In this document: positions 50,364 to 64,000 of the stretch, piece after piece
Numbering within the stretch: the stretch's first letter is position 1
How the letters are laid out: the number at the start of each line of letters is the position of its first letter
Source: Malacoraja senta
Taxonomy: Eukaryota
Assembly: GCA_038087875.1 (NCBI GenBank)
Contig: CM075984.1
Span: forward strand, 39,370,001-39,434,000
Direction: 5' to 3'
Length of the DNA: 64,000 bases
Translations under genes and position numbers: made by a program
The notes under the pieces: model-generated
The model's database searches: none
Told to the model about the DNA's origin: nothing
What the model saw: the letters and a program-made list of their open reading frames with translations, nothing else

Positions 50364-53058
50364 AGTCATCGGCAGTCACTCGAAACGAGTATGACTGTCC
50401 TCTCCTCTCCAAAGGGTCGTCTACTTGTGGGTCTGTAGAGGCCCATCCGCGATTCACACACCTTGGTGCAATGCGGGCAGTTGAGACTGGCGGTGGTTTG
50501 TAGTCGTCAAGCCCCCTTCGCTCTCCTTACGTTGCTGTCGCTTTGTCTCTGAGACACGGCATAGTTCCATTTCGTGAAGTGCAGCTCCTTCCTGCACAGA
50601 TTTCCTCCAGGAGCGCCTGTCCAGTGCAATGTTCTCCCAGTTGCTTGATGTGATGTGGAATTTCTTCAGACTGTTCTTGATGTTGTCCTTGAAGCGTTTC
50701 TTTGGCCCCCGCCGGGGGCTCGCCGACCTTCCTTCAATTGAGAGTACAGGATTTGTTTAGGGAGACGTGTGTTAGACATGTGGATGACATGGCCAATCCA
50801 TTGAAGTTGGTGCTGCATTATTGTGGTGGTGATGCTGGTCATGTTGGCTTCCTCCAAAACGCTGATGTTTGTGCATTTGTCCTCCCAGCTGATCCTCAGA
50901 ATCTTTCGTAAGGATCTTTGATTGTATTGTTCCAGGGCTCTCAGGTGCCTGCTGTAGGTGGTCCATGACTCGGCTCCATACAACAGGGTGGAGAGGGGAA
51001 GTGGTCAACGTTTTCAAGAGTGGTGTTGTCCACTTTTATAGTGAGCTGGGTAGACGGCTGGTTGGGTGGAGGTTGATGAAGGACCTGGGTCTTGATATTT
51101 AAGGCTAGGCCCATGGCTCTGTATGTACTGAAGCTCCATGATGGCGGTGTTACTGACTTTGCTCTTAGCCTTCAACCTATTAAGGTTGAAGAGCCCACCG
51201 TCAGTCCTGTAGAGGATTGGGATCCCTGTGGCAGCTCTTCACCAATGAGGTGAAGTATGGCAGCAATGAAGACGACAAACAGGATGGGTGCGATGATGCA
51301 TCCCTGTTTGACCCCCGTTTCCACAGTGAAGGGCTCGGACTCAGAACCACAGTTGCTGAGCACTGTGACCGACATGCCATCACGTAGAAGCCTCAATATT
51401 CTGATGAACCTTGATAGTATGTTCCAAAGAGCCTGGCGGTCTACCGAGTCAAAAGCCTTTGTCAGGTCTATGAAAGCCATGTACAAAGGCTGACTTTGTT
51501 CACGGCATTTTTCCTGGAGTTGGCATGCTGTGAATATCTTGTCTGCTGTACCTCTGGATGAGCGGAAGCCACACTGTGATTATGGGAGTACCTCCGCAGA
51601 CAGTGGTAGAAGTCGGTTTGCGAGGACACGAGCTAGGACTTTGCTTGTTGTTGACAGGAACGAGATGCTCTTGTAGTTTCCACATTCAGCCTTGTCCCCC
51701 TTCTTGAAAATGGTCGCTATTAGAACATCCCTGAGTTCTGAGGGAAGTTATTTTTCCCAGACCTTGATGAGTAGGGCGTGGATGTGGTACAGGAGCTCCG
51801 GTCCACCTTCCTTTAAGATCTCAGCTGGGATTCCATCTGGATCGGTGGCCTTGTCGTTCTTAAGGCTCTTGATGGCATCTTGAACCTCTGTCATAGTGGG
51901 AGGTTCTTCCATGTCTTCTCTGATAGGACTCTGTGGGATGCGGTGGGTAATGTCTGGTTCAGTTGTGCTGTCATGGTTGAGGAGTTCCTGGAAGTGCTTT
52001 TTCCATCGGGCGTTAATGGACTCATTGTCCTTCAGCAGTTCTTGTCCGTCTTTTGCCGCGGTAGCTTGGACCATAGAATGCCTCAGTGGTGCTGAAGAAG
52101 CCTCTGGTGTCACCCAAGTCTTCCAGTCTCTGGATTTCCAGAGCCTTATCTGTCCACCAAGAGTTCTTAAGCTCTCTCACCCGGCTCTGGGCGTCCGCCT
52201 TGGCTCTGGAGTGAGCCGGTCTTTTAGCCTTGCAGGTCACATCATTTTGCCAGGCACAAAAGGCTTTCCTTTTCTTGGAGATGAGCTGTTCTATCTCTGT
52301 GTCGTTCTCGTGTTTTCTGAACTTGCACCCAAGGATGTTTTTACAGGTATCAAGGACAGTGGATTTGAGCCAGCTCCAGTGCCCTTCAATATCATCAGGA
52401 TATTCCTGTTGGAGGCTTTCCCCAAGAGAAGTCAGAAATCGCTGCTGGGTGGCAGTTTCCTCCAGGCTTTCAAGGTTCAGCCTTGGCTGGATCTGCTTCG
52501 TTTGAATTCTCCTCTACCTCTTGAGATTGATGGACATCATGGAGCGGATGAGGCGATGATCTGTCCAGCAGTTATCTGCATCGATCATGGCCCTTGTGAT
52601 GTTCACGTCACGGCAATCGTACAATGACATAGTCAATGAGATGCCACTGTTTGGAGCGTGGGTGTCTCCAAGATGCCTAGTTTGTTTGTCTGGTGAAAGA
52701 GGGTGTTAGTGATGACGAGTTTCATGCTGAGCACATTTGCTGAGAAGCAGAGCTCCATTGGAGTTGATGTTCCCGATGCCTTCCTTTCCTATGGTACCCT
52801 TCCAGAGGTGTTGGTCCCGGCTGACCATGGCGTTGAAGTCTCCTAGAAGAATAATCTTATCCTCCCTGGGGATTTTAAACAGTGTCTCGTCCAAGCAGGC
52901 GTAGAAGGTCTCTTTTACTTCCTCTTCAGAGTCTAACGTAGGGGCATAGGCACTCACAACTGTTGCCATCTGGTTGTTGGCAAGCACTAGAAGGATGGTC
53001 ATGAGACGCTCACTGATTCCCACAGGAAGTTCAGAGAGGTGGCTCACGAGCTGGTTCC
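50364..53058 (-). mobile_element. RTE-clade LINE, 5'-truncated, multiple frameshifts
   Basis: APE motifs SAYAPTL and LLGDFNA; DPDGIPAE, YMAFIDLTKAFDSV, GVKQGCIIAP, YGAESWT, RLPKQILY. Confidence 0.92.
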
Positions 53059-54282
53059 TGAGTATAATCTAATTGAGCCTCTACAGCCCTCATGCACTGA
53101 TTCACCACTTTCTGGGTAAAAAAAATGTCATCTTGTCTCATTAATTTATTTAATCGATGTGACATTGTTACAAAGGAACAGGTTCAAGGATCTGACTTCT
53201 TCTTTTCGTGTCCATCATGTTACAAAATGTTGACCTCGCTGTCATTGTCCGTCCTGAAAAGGGCGCAAGCTTCCGGCGACAATCAGTGGAAGCCGTCACT
53301 AGTCGTAATAGATGATGGTGGTAGCAGAATTAGCTCGGGATACCTCCAGTTTCCAGCCCCGCGACGTGGATGCTTCTGCTATGGGGCCAAGGATCTGACT
53401 AGTAGAACAGAAAAGGGCTCACTTGTCTGTTTAGTTACAAATCTGTTTTATTGGCAGAGAGAACAAAAACAATACTTGTTTTGTTATGCGTGGGGTCCGG
53501 TTTACAGCAGCACCTCTCTCTCTCTCTCTCTCTCTCTGCCTCCGGTAAGTCCTGGCCAATAGCGCTGCTCCCAAATTCAAACTATAACCAATGGCAGGGG
53601 ACTGCATCCGAGTGAGGCCCCACCCTCTTTGGGAACAAAGCGCTATCAGACGTAGACTGGTGCGTAAAGCAATACACAGTGCTACAGACTTGGTGCGCAA
53701 ATCAATACATACAGCGCTACAGACTTGCCACGCAAAGCAATACACACAGCGGTGCCGGCTTAGCGTGCAAAGGTTTAAACAGAGCGCTGTCGGCTTGGCG
53801 CTTGGGAATTTAAACAAAGCTGTCGGCTGCAGCGCTATGGGGTTTAAACATAGCGCTATGGCCACAGCGCTATGGGTCACAGACTGGGCAAAATTCTCGT
53901 ATAACCGACATTGTATTCCAATTAAGCATGGGCGTAAAATACTACTTCTGTGCTGTAATAACTACAATCAAGAGGCCATTTGGCTCATCTGATTCATGCT
54001 GGTCCCAGCAGTGCAATCCCATCATTCCTTGCTTTCCTGTAATCCATTCTCTCTCACATGCCTACCACTGAAACCTGTTGTTTTTTTTGTCTCTTACCTG
54101 CATCGTGGGGTAATTTACAATTATCCGTAAACCCACCAGCATCTCTTCAGGATGTGGAAGGAAATTAGAAGCAAGCCAGCAGAAAACCATAGGGCTTACA
54201 AGCATAATATGGAAACATTACACAGACACCACCTGAGGTCAGGATTGAGCCCATAAAGATTATGCAATAAAGGTTACTACAG

Positions 54283-54675
54283 GGGTGGCATGGTGGCGCA
54301 GTGGTAGAATTGCTGCCTTGCTGCCCCAGAGATCTGGGTTCGACTATTGTCCCTAGTGTGTGTAGGATAGTGTTAGTGTGCGGGGATCGCTGGTCAGTGC
54401 AGACTCGGTGGGTCAAAAGGCCAGGGACCCGGGTTCAATCCAGACTACGGGTGCAGTCTTTACAGAGTTTGTTCGTTCTACCCGTGACCGCGTGGGTTTA
54501 CCCCAAGATCTTCGGTTTCCTCCCACACTCAAGGAGTACAGGTATGGAGGTTAATTGGCTTGGTGTAAATGGAAATTGTCCCTAGTGTGTGTAAGATAGT
54601 TAGTGTGCGGGGATCACTGGTCGGTATGGACTCTGTAGATCGAAGGGTTTCCGCGCTGTATCTCTAAAACTAAAA
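54283..54675 (+). mobile_element. tRNA-derived SINE with internal rearrangement
   Basis: A/B boxes; a ~75-bp 3' segment is inserted after the head, then a second B box and the full body follow. Confidence 0.8.
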
Positions 54676-54915
54676 AGTAAATATGGTTACCAGCTATACC
54701 ACAGAATAAATAAACTTTTAAGTTTCTGCTTTGAAATAGGTGCCAAATTCTTTACAGCATGTACACTGTGTACATGGAACTTTGGCTGTTCTTATGAAAA
54801 TACACTGGATGCATTCATTCTTTGTTTCTGTTTACCACTTCCCATTCATGTTTCTGGGGAGGAAAATATAATTTAATCTGTACGAATGACATTAATTGTG
54901 GTTGTCTCTACTTAG

Positions 54916-55035
54916 GGGAAGCTGACAGCCAGGGAACGTATCCAGCTGCTCCTGGACCCTGACACCTTTGTAGAATATGACAAGTTTGTTGAACACAGAT
55001 GCTCAGATTTTGGTATGGGCACAGAAGACAATAAG
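54916..55035 (+). CDS. PCCB: PCCB exon 2
   Basis: ttag|GGG...AAG|gtatga; 120 bp; [40 protein letters not shown]. Confidence 0.96.
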
Positions 55036-56035
55036 GTATGATAAGATGTGTAGAAATGGCATTAGTTATATTTTTGTAATGGTTGTCCTTACAAGAGCAA
55101 CGATCCATCATTACGTTTTTGTTTTGAGGTTGAGTAGCATACCTTTACAACATTTGGAGATTCCAATGTCTCGCAGATAAAGAGTCCTTCAAATTGACCA
55201 GAATTCTTTGGAGCCAGATAACGTCTGAACAAATATTCTGGTCAGTTTGAAGTACTCCCTGTCTGATTGACATTGAAATGGCCAAATGTAGAAAAGGTAT
55301 GCTTCTCAACCTTAAAACAAATGTAGATGGGGGGGGGGGAGGATTAAATGACTTTCGTAGCATGAGTATAATCCAGTAAAAGCTTGGAATTTGAAGAAGA
55401 AAAACTAACCTTCACTCACAATTGTTTTACTTCCATCTTAAATTTTGTATGTACTTTCTTGATTTTGACCTGGTGTACAGAATTATTTTGTTACATCTTT
55501 GGAGTGCAGGATGGAATTGCATTTATGAATTTAGTGTTACAATAGTCCCTATAAAGTATGGTGCTAGCAAATAAGCAGAAGAAATCTTTCTGTGAATCAT
55601 AGCTGCCATATGATGCAATGTTCTTGAGAGGAAATTGTAACTCAACCATCTAATCAGAATGTATGGATCTGTGTATTCACTGAATTGGGTAAACATCTTG
55701 AATTATGAATAATCATGATCAACATGCTGATTATTTCTGAAAGGACAGCAATAAAGGAACTTTATCATGTTCAAATGTTCATAATGCCTAACTCTTTCTG
55801 ACACGGACATGCATTTCCTTTGAGTGGGAGGGGGGATTGTATTGTACAGTAAACCCTCGTTATTTCAGACCTCTTCATAACCAATTTCAATTATAGTGGA
55901 TGGAGCATCCCCACAGTAATCAAACACCACTGTCTCTTTTAAAAACACAGGCTGCTGGTTATTGAAATTGACAGGTATTGAAAATGACAAGCAATGTCTT
56001 CGATCAAAACTTGTGTAATGACGAAGCTCACGAAG

Positions 56036-56825
56036 TGCTGAAGTAACTGAGCAGGTCAGGCAGCACCTCTGGAGAGCATAGATAGGTGACTTTCCGGGTC
56101 ACCAGGAGATGCACCACCAACATTCACCGCCCCCCCCAGTCTCTCTGAGGCCGGGACCATCGAATCTGGCACCCCCCTAGCCACTTCTAGATGAGGCCTA
56201 CCAACCTTCAGCAAGGCTGCCGACACCACCCTCTGGCCTGGATCACCACGCCAGCCACTTCCAGGGCGGACCTGGTAACCTTCACTGCCAGGCTCGGCTG
56301 CCAATGCCATCCCCTGCCCACACCGCCTTCCCAGCTGCTTCCAAGCCGGGCAGGTGACATCGCATGGCCTCTCTGGCTGGTCAGCTGACGCCACCCCCGG
56401 CCCGTACTGCCTCCGTCGACGCGTGCAGGCCGGGCTGCTGACACCAACCTTTGGCCGCTTGAAGGCCGGGCTACCAACATCACCTTCGGCCCGCACCCCT
56501 ACCCCAGACTTCCCCAATCTGGACCTACCAACATTCACCACCAGGCTGGGCTACCGACGCCATCCCGGCCCGCACAGCTACTATGACCTTTTTCAGGCCT
56601 TGCCTACCGCAGCCACCATTAAAAGCCACTTTTAATGCACTCCTGCTGCCCGTGGGCTGGGGCCGTCAACTCACCTGGATTCCAGGCCCAGTTCCAGACC
56701 AAGAATCTGAAGAAGTATCTTGACCCAAAACATCACCTAACCATGTTGTCCAGAGATGCTGCCTGACCTGCTGAGTTACTCCAGCACTTTGTGTGCTTTT
56801 GTGCCTTAATCAGCATCTGCAGTTT
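56036..56825. mobile_element. Inverted Penelope termini enclosing a ~600-bp GC-rich, internally repetitive spacer
   Basis: Left arm about 56036-56101, right arm about 56704-56825; spacer repeats ccaacattcacc / ggccgggct motifs. Confidence 0.65.
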
Positions 56826-56919
56826 TTTGTTTCTACTCCTAACTTCATTCCTGTTATTACAGTATTTGAAAAGATTTTTCACTAACTTATTGGTTCATTC
56901 TTATTTATGGCTCTTTCAG

Positions 56920-56988
56920 TTTCCTGGTGACAGCGTTGTGACTGGTCAGGGCCAAATTAATGGGCGACTTGTTTATGTCTTCAGCCAG
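56920..56988 (+). CDS. PCCB: PCCB exon 3
   Basis: tcag|TTT...CAG|gtaata; 69 bp; [23 protein letters not shown]. Confidence 0.96.
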
Positions 56989-58553
56989 GTAATAATATAT
57001 ATCTACATTAAATCTTTTTCTTGGAAGGATTAAGAGTTTTTGGAACTTCTACAACACCTTGCTAAAACACTTGAGGGTAGATTTGATCTGATTCTCCTCA
57101 AGTTCAGAATGCTAGAAATAGGCTGGCAGTATGCAGGGGCTAGCTGTCAGATAATTTGGTGTATTTTGGAAAACTAGCATATTTGCTGTGGGCTAATGGG
57201 TTGTGAAACTAAATAAATGCATTCTTCTCTTCTGGTAATCTGGTGGTAAGGTCTTCTGGTGCTTTCTTTCTGGTAATCTATCTGAACATCATGCAGAAAG
57301 TGAAATTGTTCTCATCCCTTACTTTTCAGATCTCCAAGATGGAGAAGTTTGCCAAACTTTTCATTAACTCAAACCATGATGATAAAGTTATGCTTTTTTG
57401 ATTTGAGTGAATGAGGCATGAAACCTGATCTGAGGAATAGTAATGAAGAGAACTAAAATCAATGCTCTTGTTAGTTGCATTTGAAATGCAATAAAAGTGA
57501 TTACCCTTTCTGAGAACATTGCGATGTTGAACTCATTATCTTGCCTTTTTACCTTGCATTCAAGTATAGCCAAATGGTGTTGCAAGTGGGAGTATCAAAA
57601 ATATATTTTGTGGAATACCTCCAACCTGATCCAAGGGTTTCAATGGCATTTGTGCCTCTTTTGGTTATTAGGGAGAGAGAGAATTATTTTCTGCCAAGGT
57701 TATATAATATAACGACCAGTGCACCTCGTATCCCGCTTGGGTAGCTTACAACCCAACAGTATGAACACTACATTTTCCAATTGTAGGTAACCACCAAATC
57801 TTTTCCACCAACTGGAATTGTACCTATATCTCCCTCCCCCCTCCCCCCCCAAACTACAACCACCTATTACTTGCCATTACTTCCCTGTCCCTCCTCTCTT
57901 CCAGCTTTCTTCCCCCCCCCCCCTCCCCCAAACAAGTCCAAAGAAGGGGCCCACTGGGTCACTCCAGTACTCGGGTAAGTTTTAGACCTTGACTGTGCCG
58001 ACAGCAAAAATCATATTCCCCCACCCTCCCTTTGAAACATTTCCATGCCTAGGTTCACTTGCTGATTCTCACACCTTTGCTGTTGTTACAACTATTCCAA
58101 TGTACCTCTGGACAGTCTTTTGTATTGTACCCTATTGGCCTGAGGTAATACTCTCTTCTGATTCCTAGCCTGTAGTCTTCGTGTTTCTGTGGTTTCTACC
58201 CAAGGATATGCATTTACCCTTTTTTTTTTTAAATGTTGCTATCGATTTTTCCTTCCCATTCTCTAACCTGTTCCAGTCCCACAATTTGGAAATATGTGTT
58301 CTTTTAATTCCATCTTCTTGCACACTTCCAAGTTTAATTGCTTACTACCGGCCGCTGGGTTTTCAGCTACCAAGGCTCTTGGCTTCATTATTCCTGCCAC
58401 CATCATACATCTCTAGCTCTCTATAGTTCTTTTAAAAGCTCCTCAATATATATTAAATATTAAAAGCTATGTAACTCCAGTTTTATGAGAAACTGATGCA
58501 TGTTCCACTTTATATTTTCAATGCTTGCAATAATTTTATTTCCTTTTTGGCAG

Positions 58554-58610
58554 GACTTTACAGTCTTTGGGGGAAGTTTGTCAGGAGCTCATGCACAGAA
58601 AATCTGTAAG
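58554..58610 (+). CDS. PCCB: PCCB exon 4
   Basis: gcag|GAC...AAG|gtaaaa; 57 bp; [19 protein letters not shown]. Confidence 0.96.
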
Positions 58611-59428
58611 GTAAAACGATAAGCGACCAGACGTTGTATTCTGCATTGAGTCCATTTATTCAAGAATGGACTCTTTATGTTATAAAGCTACATGTAACTA
58701 CATAGTAGAAGCGTTCACATTGCGACCCCTGTCAAGTTCCATGTATGCTCCATGTAACTTGCTAATTTTACCACCACCTTAGTGCTATTAGCTCTCTCAC
58801 ACCTTAGCTGTAAATGGTTCAAGATCGCAATATTAGTCAGTGTCACCAACACGGGTCTTTTTCAAGACCGGCACTGACTGTCATATCTGTGAACATCGAA
58901 GGCTTTTCCAATAGCTCAACGATGTGTACAGCAGTGGCGAGCCACAATATAGCATAAGGACACGAAAGAAGAAGACTACAGGCGAGATGTGCTATGCAAA
59001 TCATTATCTTTTAAACTGAGCACTAACACTTGAAGCAAAACGTGCAAATGCTCTATGGTCCAACATTTTAGTTAAATTAAGGCAGAATATGATTGTTTCG
59101 GTCTCATTCTTTAGATATCCTGTTTTGCCGTTCCTTCCTGTCCCAACCACCACTCTAAGATCACCTTGATTCATTTGCTGCAAATGGAGGCTGCATGTTA
59201 CATGGGTTGCAGCTGTTGCAGCATGGGTTCCACATGGTTACAGCTCCTGTATGGGTTTTGAAAGGTTTTATGTACTTGGGGTTTCCCAAACAATACAAAA
59301 TTGAACCGGTAAAGATATACAGAAAATGGCCTGCTACCTAGATTACATAAATCCAGATTAAATAAAATGTAATCATCAGAACATCAATTTTAAGGATATT
59401 AATTTATCAAATATAATTTATTTTCTAG

Positions 59429-59575
<147 letters not shown>

Positions 59576-61000
59576 TAAGAACATTAATTTTCATGCAGTT
59601 TTTGTGTTTTTAATCAGGTTTTGCGTGAAGCTGATGGGATATGGTGAAAAATATGACATTTTTAACCTTTTCAGTGCCGTGTGATTTATTTACTGTTTTT
59701 CCATGCACAACAACTTTATTTACCTGCAAATGAAAACTTAAATCAGTTGTAAATACCAAACAGTAATTAGAACATAAAACAGCCCAGTGGCTGTGCTGAA
59801 CATGATGCCGAAATAAACTACTCTTATCTGCTTGCACGTGATCCATATGCATCCAATCCTAGCATGTTCATGTGTCTGTCCAACAACCTCTTAAATGCTA
59901 TTATCGAATTGCCCCCACCATCTTCTACATAAAAAAAACTTGCCTCCTTTAAACTTCGACCCTCTCGCCTTGAGGCTGTGCCATCGCATATTTCACATGT
60001 CCACAATCGGATGATGTTTTGTCTGCCCTATCAATAATAAAATAGTAGCCTTTTATTCAGACCCATGGATTACTTGCTCCCAGATGATGATCCCAGTAAC
60101 ATCAGGCATTTCATAATGTAATCTAGAGTTTATATTTCTTATGTTGCAATTAAGTACAAAGCACAAGCTTTGTTCAGTAAGGATATTTTGCAAGTTTCAA
60201 CATAGAGCCTTGGGTCATACAGTGTAATTTTTGTTTGAGCAAGGAACTTTGCTCATCTGAATGTGCATGCCACTTTTGTGATCTAGGCGAGAAGCATCAA
60301 CCCCTTATAAGATAGTTTGCTTTCAACACAGTACAATGCCTATGCTGATGTAAATGTAGTTACATTGAATTCTTATTTCTAATGTTAGCCTGCCACTCTC
60401 ATCCAATTGTTAAGAGGGAAAAGCTTGAAGTGATGGAATGCCAAAGCCTGTATCTGAAATTGTTTGTCAGTGAAGGTTTGTGCAAGGAGGGTTTCCCTTA
60501 ACGAAGTCACTGCTGGGAATTGGAACCCAACCACATGGAACAATATCTGAAGAAGGGTCCCAATCCCAAATATCACTTATCCATGTCTTCCAGCGATGCT
60601 GCGTGACCCACTGAGTTACTCCAGCAGTCTTTTTGTAAATCAGCTTCTGCAGTTCCTTGTGTCTGGAATAGTGTTTAGATTGCAGTTACATTTTAATGAA
60701 TTTTGACCTACAATCATTGATGTCTCTGAAATGTTATAAATTGCATAAATCAAAAAGTATGAAGTATCATGCAAACTTTTAATAGTATTAAGACAGTTAT
60801 CCTAATATGCTTCCTTTCGTATGTTGCTGGGTACATTTAAACTAAAGATTATAGATTGATGTAGAATCAACAAAGGATCAACTTTAACTGTGAAACATGC
60901 CACAAATATTGATGGCTGTTTTAATGAATGTTAGCTGATTTATCATCTTGCTTGATGAACAACTTGCTTTATGCATTAGATTCCTATTGTATTGCAATAA

Positions 61001-61150
<150 letters not shown>

Positions 61151-61963
61151 TAATGATTCGATTACAGAAGTCCCTTGTTTTATGTTCTGCCTTTGTAACC
61201 AAGAAATCCTATTTGGAATTAGGCCATTGTTGCAATATATGTTCCAGGCAAGCTAAATGAACACAAAAGTTATTCTCAGAGATGTAACTAACATTTGTTT
61301 TGCCTGTCAAATTATGTACAACAAAGGATTACATTATATTGGATGTGCAATTCATCAGTCTGAATTGCTGATTTTTCATAACTTGCTATTTGGCTTGTTG
61401 TTTCTCCATTTGGGCTCCTTTCTGTGCCAGAATGTGCCAAGTGATTAGAAAATTGTTTAATTCAAGAAAATATTTAGAGTGTTGAATATTTTTAATGATG
61501 TGTATGTCATTAACATCAGCATTTCCTTTTGAGAGGTAGACTTATTCATAGTCTTGATAATTGATACTTATTATTAGTTTATAAAGGTAGAAATTCATTG
61601 AGTAACAAGAAAATTGTACCTTAAAAGAAAATCAATTGATAATGAATGTGTGATTATTGGTTTATTATTGTCAATTCAACCAAGATACATTGAAAAGTTT
61701 TGTCTGCATGCTATACAATCAAATCATACATAAGTAGTGCAAAGAGAAATATACCAGCATGCCGAATATAAAATTACAGTATTAGAGCGTTAGTTAGAAA
61801 GAAGTCAAAGGGCCACAGGGAGGTAGGTTGGAAGATTGGGACTGCACCCTAGCTTATGAGAGGACTGTTCATTCGTCTGATAACAGTGGGGAAGAAGCAT
61901 TTCCTGAATCTTCTGGTATCTTCTGTCCAACTGAAGAGGTGAGATGGGGGAATTACTGTAGTG

Positions 61964-62280
61964 AAAATAGACACACACAGCTGGAGTAACTCAGCGGCAC
62001 AGGTAGTATTTCTGGAGAGAAGGAATGGGTGACATTTCGGATCGAGGTCCTTCTTCAGACTGAAAGTCACGGGAAAGGGATACGAGAGATATAGAACAAT
62101 GAATGAAAGATATGCAAAAATATAATGATGATATAGGAAACAGCCCATTGTTAGCTGTTTGTTGAGTGAACTGGAGAGGAGCTGGTATTCCTTCTCTCCA
62201 GAGATGCTGCTTGTCTCGCTGAGTTACTCCAGCTTTTTGTGTCTATCTTCGGTTTAAACTAGCATCTGCAGTTCCTTCCT
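61964..62280. mobile_element. Inverted pair of Penelope termini; near-intact hammerhead on - (62027-62062)
   Basis: Arms about 61964-62026 and 62187-62252 are reverse complements; minus core CTGAAGA-A-GGA..TCC-GAAATGTC. Confidence 0.8.
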
Positions 62281-62289
62281 TACGGGGAG

Positions 62290-64000
62290 AAAAGATGAAA
62301 TGCGAAGGTAAGCTGGCCAATAATATAAAAGAGGGTGGCAAGAGTTTCTTCAGTTATATAAAGAGCAAAAAGGAGGCAATAGTGGACGTTGTGATAATGG
62401 GGAATAAATAAAAGGCAGAGGAGTTGATTACCGTTTTTTGCATCAGTCTTCACAGTGGAAGACACCAACAATGTGCCTGAAATTCAAGAGAGTCCGGGAG
62501 TGGAAGTTAGTGGAGTGGCTATTACTAGGGAGAAGGTGGTTGGGGAGACTGAAAGGGATGAAGGTGGATAAGTCACATGGGCCAGATGGACTGCACCCTA
62601 GAGTTCTGAAAGAGGTTGCTTGAGAGATTGTGGAGGTATTTATAGTGATATTTCATGATTCACTAGAGACAGGAGTGTTCCAGATGATTGGAAAATTGCC
62701 AATGTTACCCCGCTGCACAAGAAGGGAGCAAGGCAGAATAGTGGGAACTGAAGGCCGGTTAGTCTGACTTCGGTGGTTGGTAAGATTTAAGAGTCCATTA
62801 TAAAGGATGAGGTTACGGAGTACTTAGAAGTTCACGATAAAATAGGCCAAAGTCAGCATGGCTTTGTGAAGGGGTCTTGCTAGACAAATATGCTGGAATT
62901 CTTTGAAGAAGTAAATAATAGGACAGACAAAGCCGAGTCAGTAGATGTTGTTTACTTAGATTTTCAGAGAGCCTTTGAAAAGATGCCGCACGTTAGGCTG
63001 CTTAGGAAGATGAGAGCCCATGGTATCAAAGGGCAGATACTAGCATGGATAGCAGGTTGGCTGGATGGCAGAAGACAAAGAGTGGCAATAAAGGGGGGGC
63101 TGCCAGTGACAAGTGGAGTTTCGCTAGGGTCAGTGCTGGGGCCACTACTCTTCACGTTGTCTATTAATGATTTGGACGAGGGGATTGAAGGCTTTGTGGC
63201 AAAGTTTGCAGATGATACGAAAATACGTGGAGGGGCAGGTAGTGCAGTGAAAGCAGGGACTCTGCGGAAGGACTTGGACAGGTTGGGAGAGTGGGCGGAG
63301 AAGTGGCAGATGGAATATAGTGTAGCAAAGTGTGGAGTCATGCATTTTGGTAGTAGGAATAAAGGCGTAGACTATTTTCTAAATGGGGCGAGAATCCAGA
63401 AATCGGAGGTGCAAAGGGACTTGGGAGTGCTGGTGCAGGATTCCCAAAAAGTTAATCTGTAAGTCAAATCGGTAGTAAAGAAAGCAAACTCAATGCTAGA
63501 ATTTATTTCAAGAGGGCTTATATACAAAAACAGGGATGCAATGTTGAGGCTCTATAAGGCGCTGGTAAGGCCGCATTTGGAATATTGTGAGCAATTTTGG
63601 GCACCATATCTGAGGAAGGATGTGCTGGCTCTGGAGAGGGTCCAGAGGAGGTTTACAAGAATTATCCTAGGAATGAGTAGGTTAACCTATGATGAGCGTT
63701 TGTCGGCACAGGGCCTGTATTCGCTGGAGTTTAGATGAATGAGGGGGGTCCTCATTGAAACATACAGAATAGTGAAAGACTTGGATAGAGTAGATGTTTC
63801 CACTAGTTGGAGAATCTAGGACTCAAAATCAAAGGGTGTTCTTTTACGAAGGAGATGAGGAGAAATGTATTTAGTCAGAGGGTGGTGAATCTGTGTAATT
63901 CTTTGCCACAGAAGGCTGTGAAGGCCAAGTCAGTGGATATTTTTAAGGCAGAGATAGATAGATTCTTGATTAGTACAAGTTCAGGTTATGTGGAGAAGAC
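62290..64000 (+). mobile_element. CR1-clade LINE (HER1-like) RT region, disabled
   Basis: GPDGLHPRVLKE, VDVVYLDFQRAF, GSVLGPLLF, KFADDTKI, LYKALVRPHLEYC; internal stops and frameshifts. Confidence 0.92.

Noticed and set aside
51896-52627. 243-aa + strand ORF
   Set aside because: Antisense shadow of the RTE ORF
58680-59250. Loose inverted catgtaac/gttacatg repeats in PCCB intron 4
   Set aside because: Too degenerate to define TIRs or a TSD; possibly an old MITE but unsupported

Overview
Vertebrate genomic DNA, most likely a cartilaginous fish (skate/ray-like). This is inferred from the repeat families (HER1-like CR1 LINEs, HE1/V-SINE-like tRNA SINEs, abundant Penelope-like terminal repeats). 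The window carries the conserved PPP2R3A - MSL2 - PCCB block. It holds the last nine coding exons of PPP2R3A (+, 1725-17781) and the complete two-exon MSL2 gene (-, 36170-43483, about 590 aa, RING + CXC). It also holds the first six exons of PCCB (+, 44944-61135), which shares a bidirectional CpG-island promoter with MSL2. Most ORFs in the supplied track are spurious or are retroelement fragments. The most interesting signals are non-coding. (1) A family of Penelope-derived short repeats carries minimal hammerhead-ribozyme cores (CUGAAGA-A-stemII-GAAACGUH); one lies sense about 30 nt after a PPP2R3A splice donor, and one is a 266-nt circularly permuted, TSD-flanked monomer that looks like the footprint of a circular-RNA (retrozyme-like) intermediate. 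(2) A young Neptune-type Penelope element has an open RT-tail/GIY-YIG frame and is a plausible family driver. (3) A bipartite non-autonomous RTE has a 5' end that folds into a multi-stem domain where other RTEs carry ribozymes. (4) An L1-like tail is flanked by a ~226-bp duplication. (5) A possible unannotated or decayed small single-pass membrane protein gene lies between PPP2R3A and MSL2. All identifications were made by eye; no searches were run.
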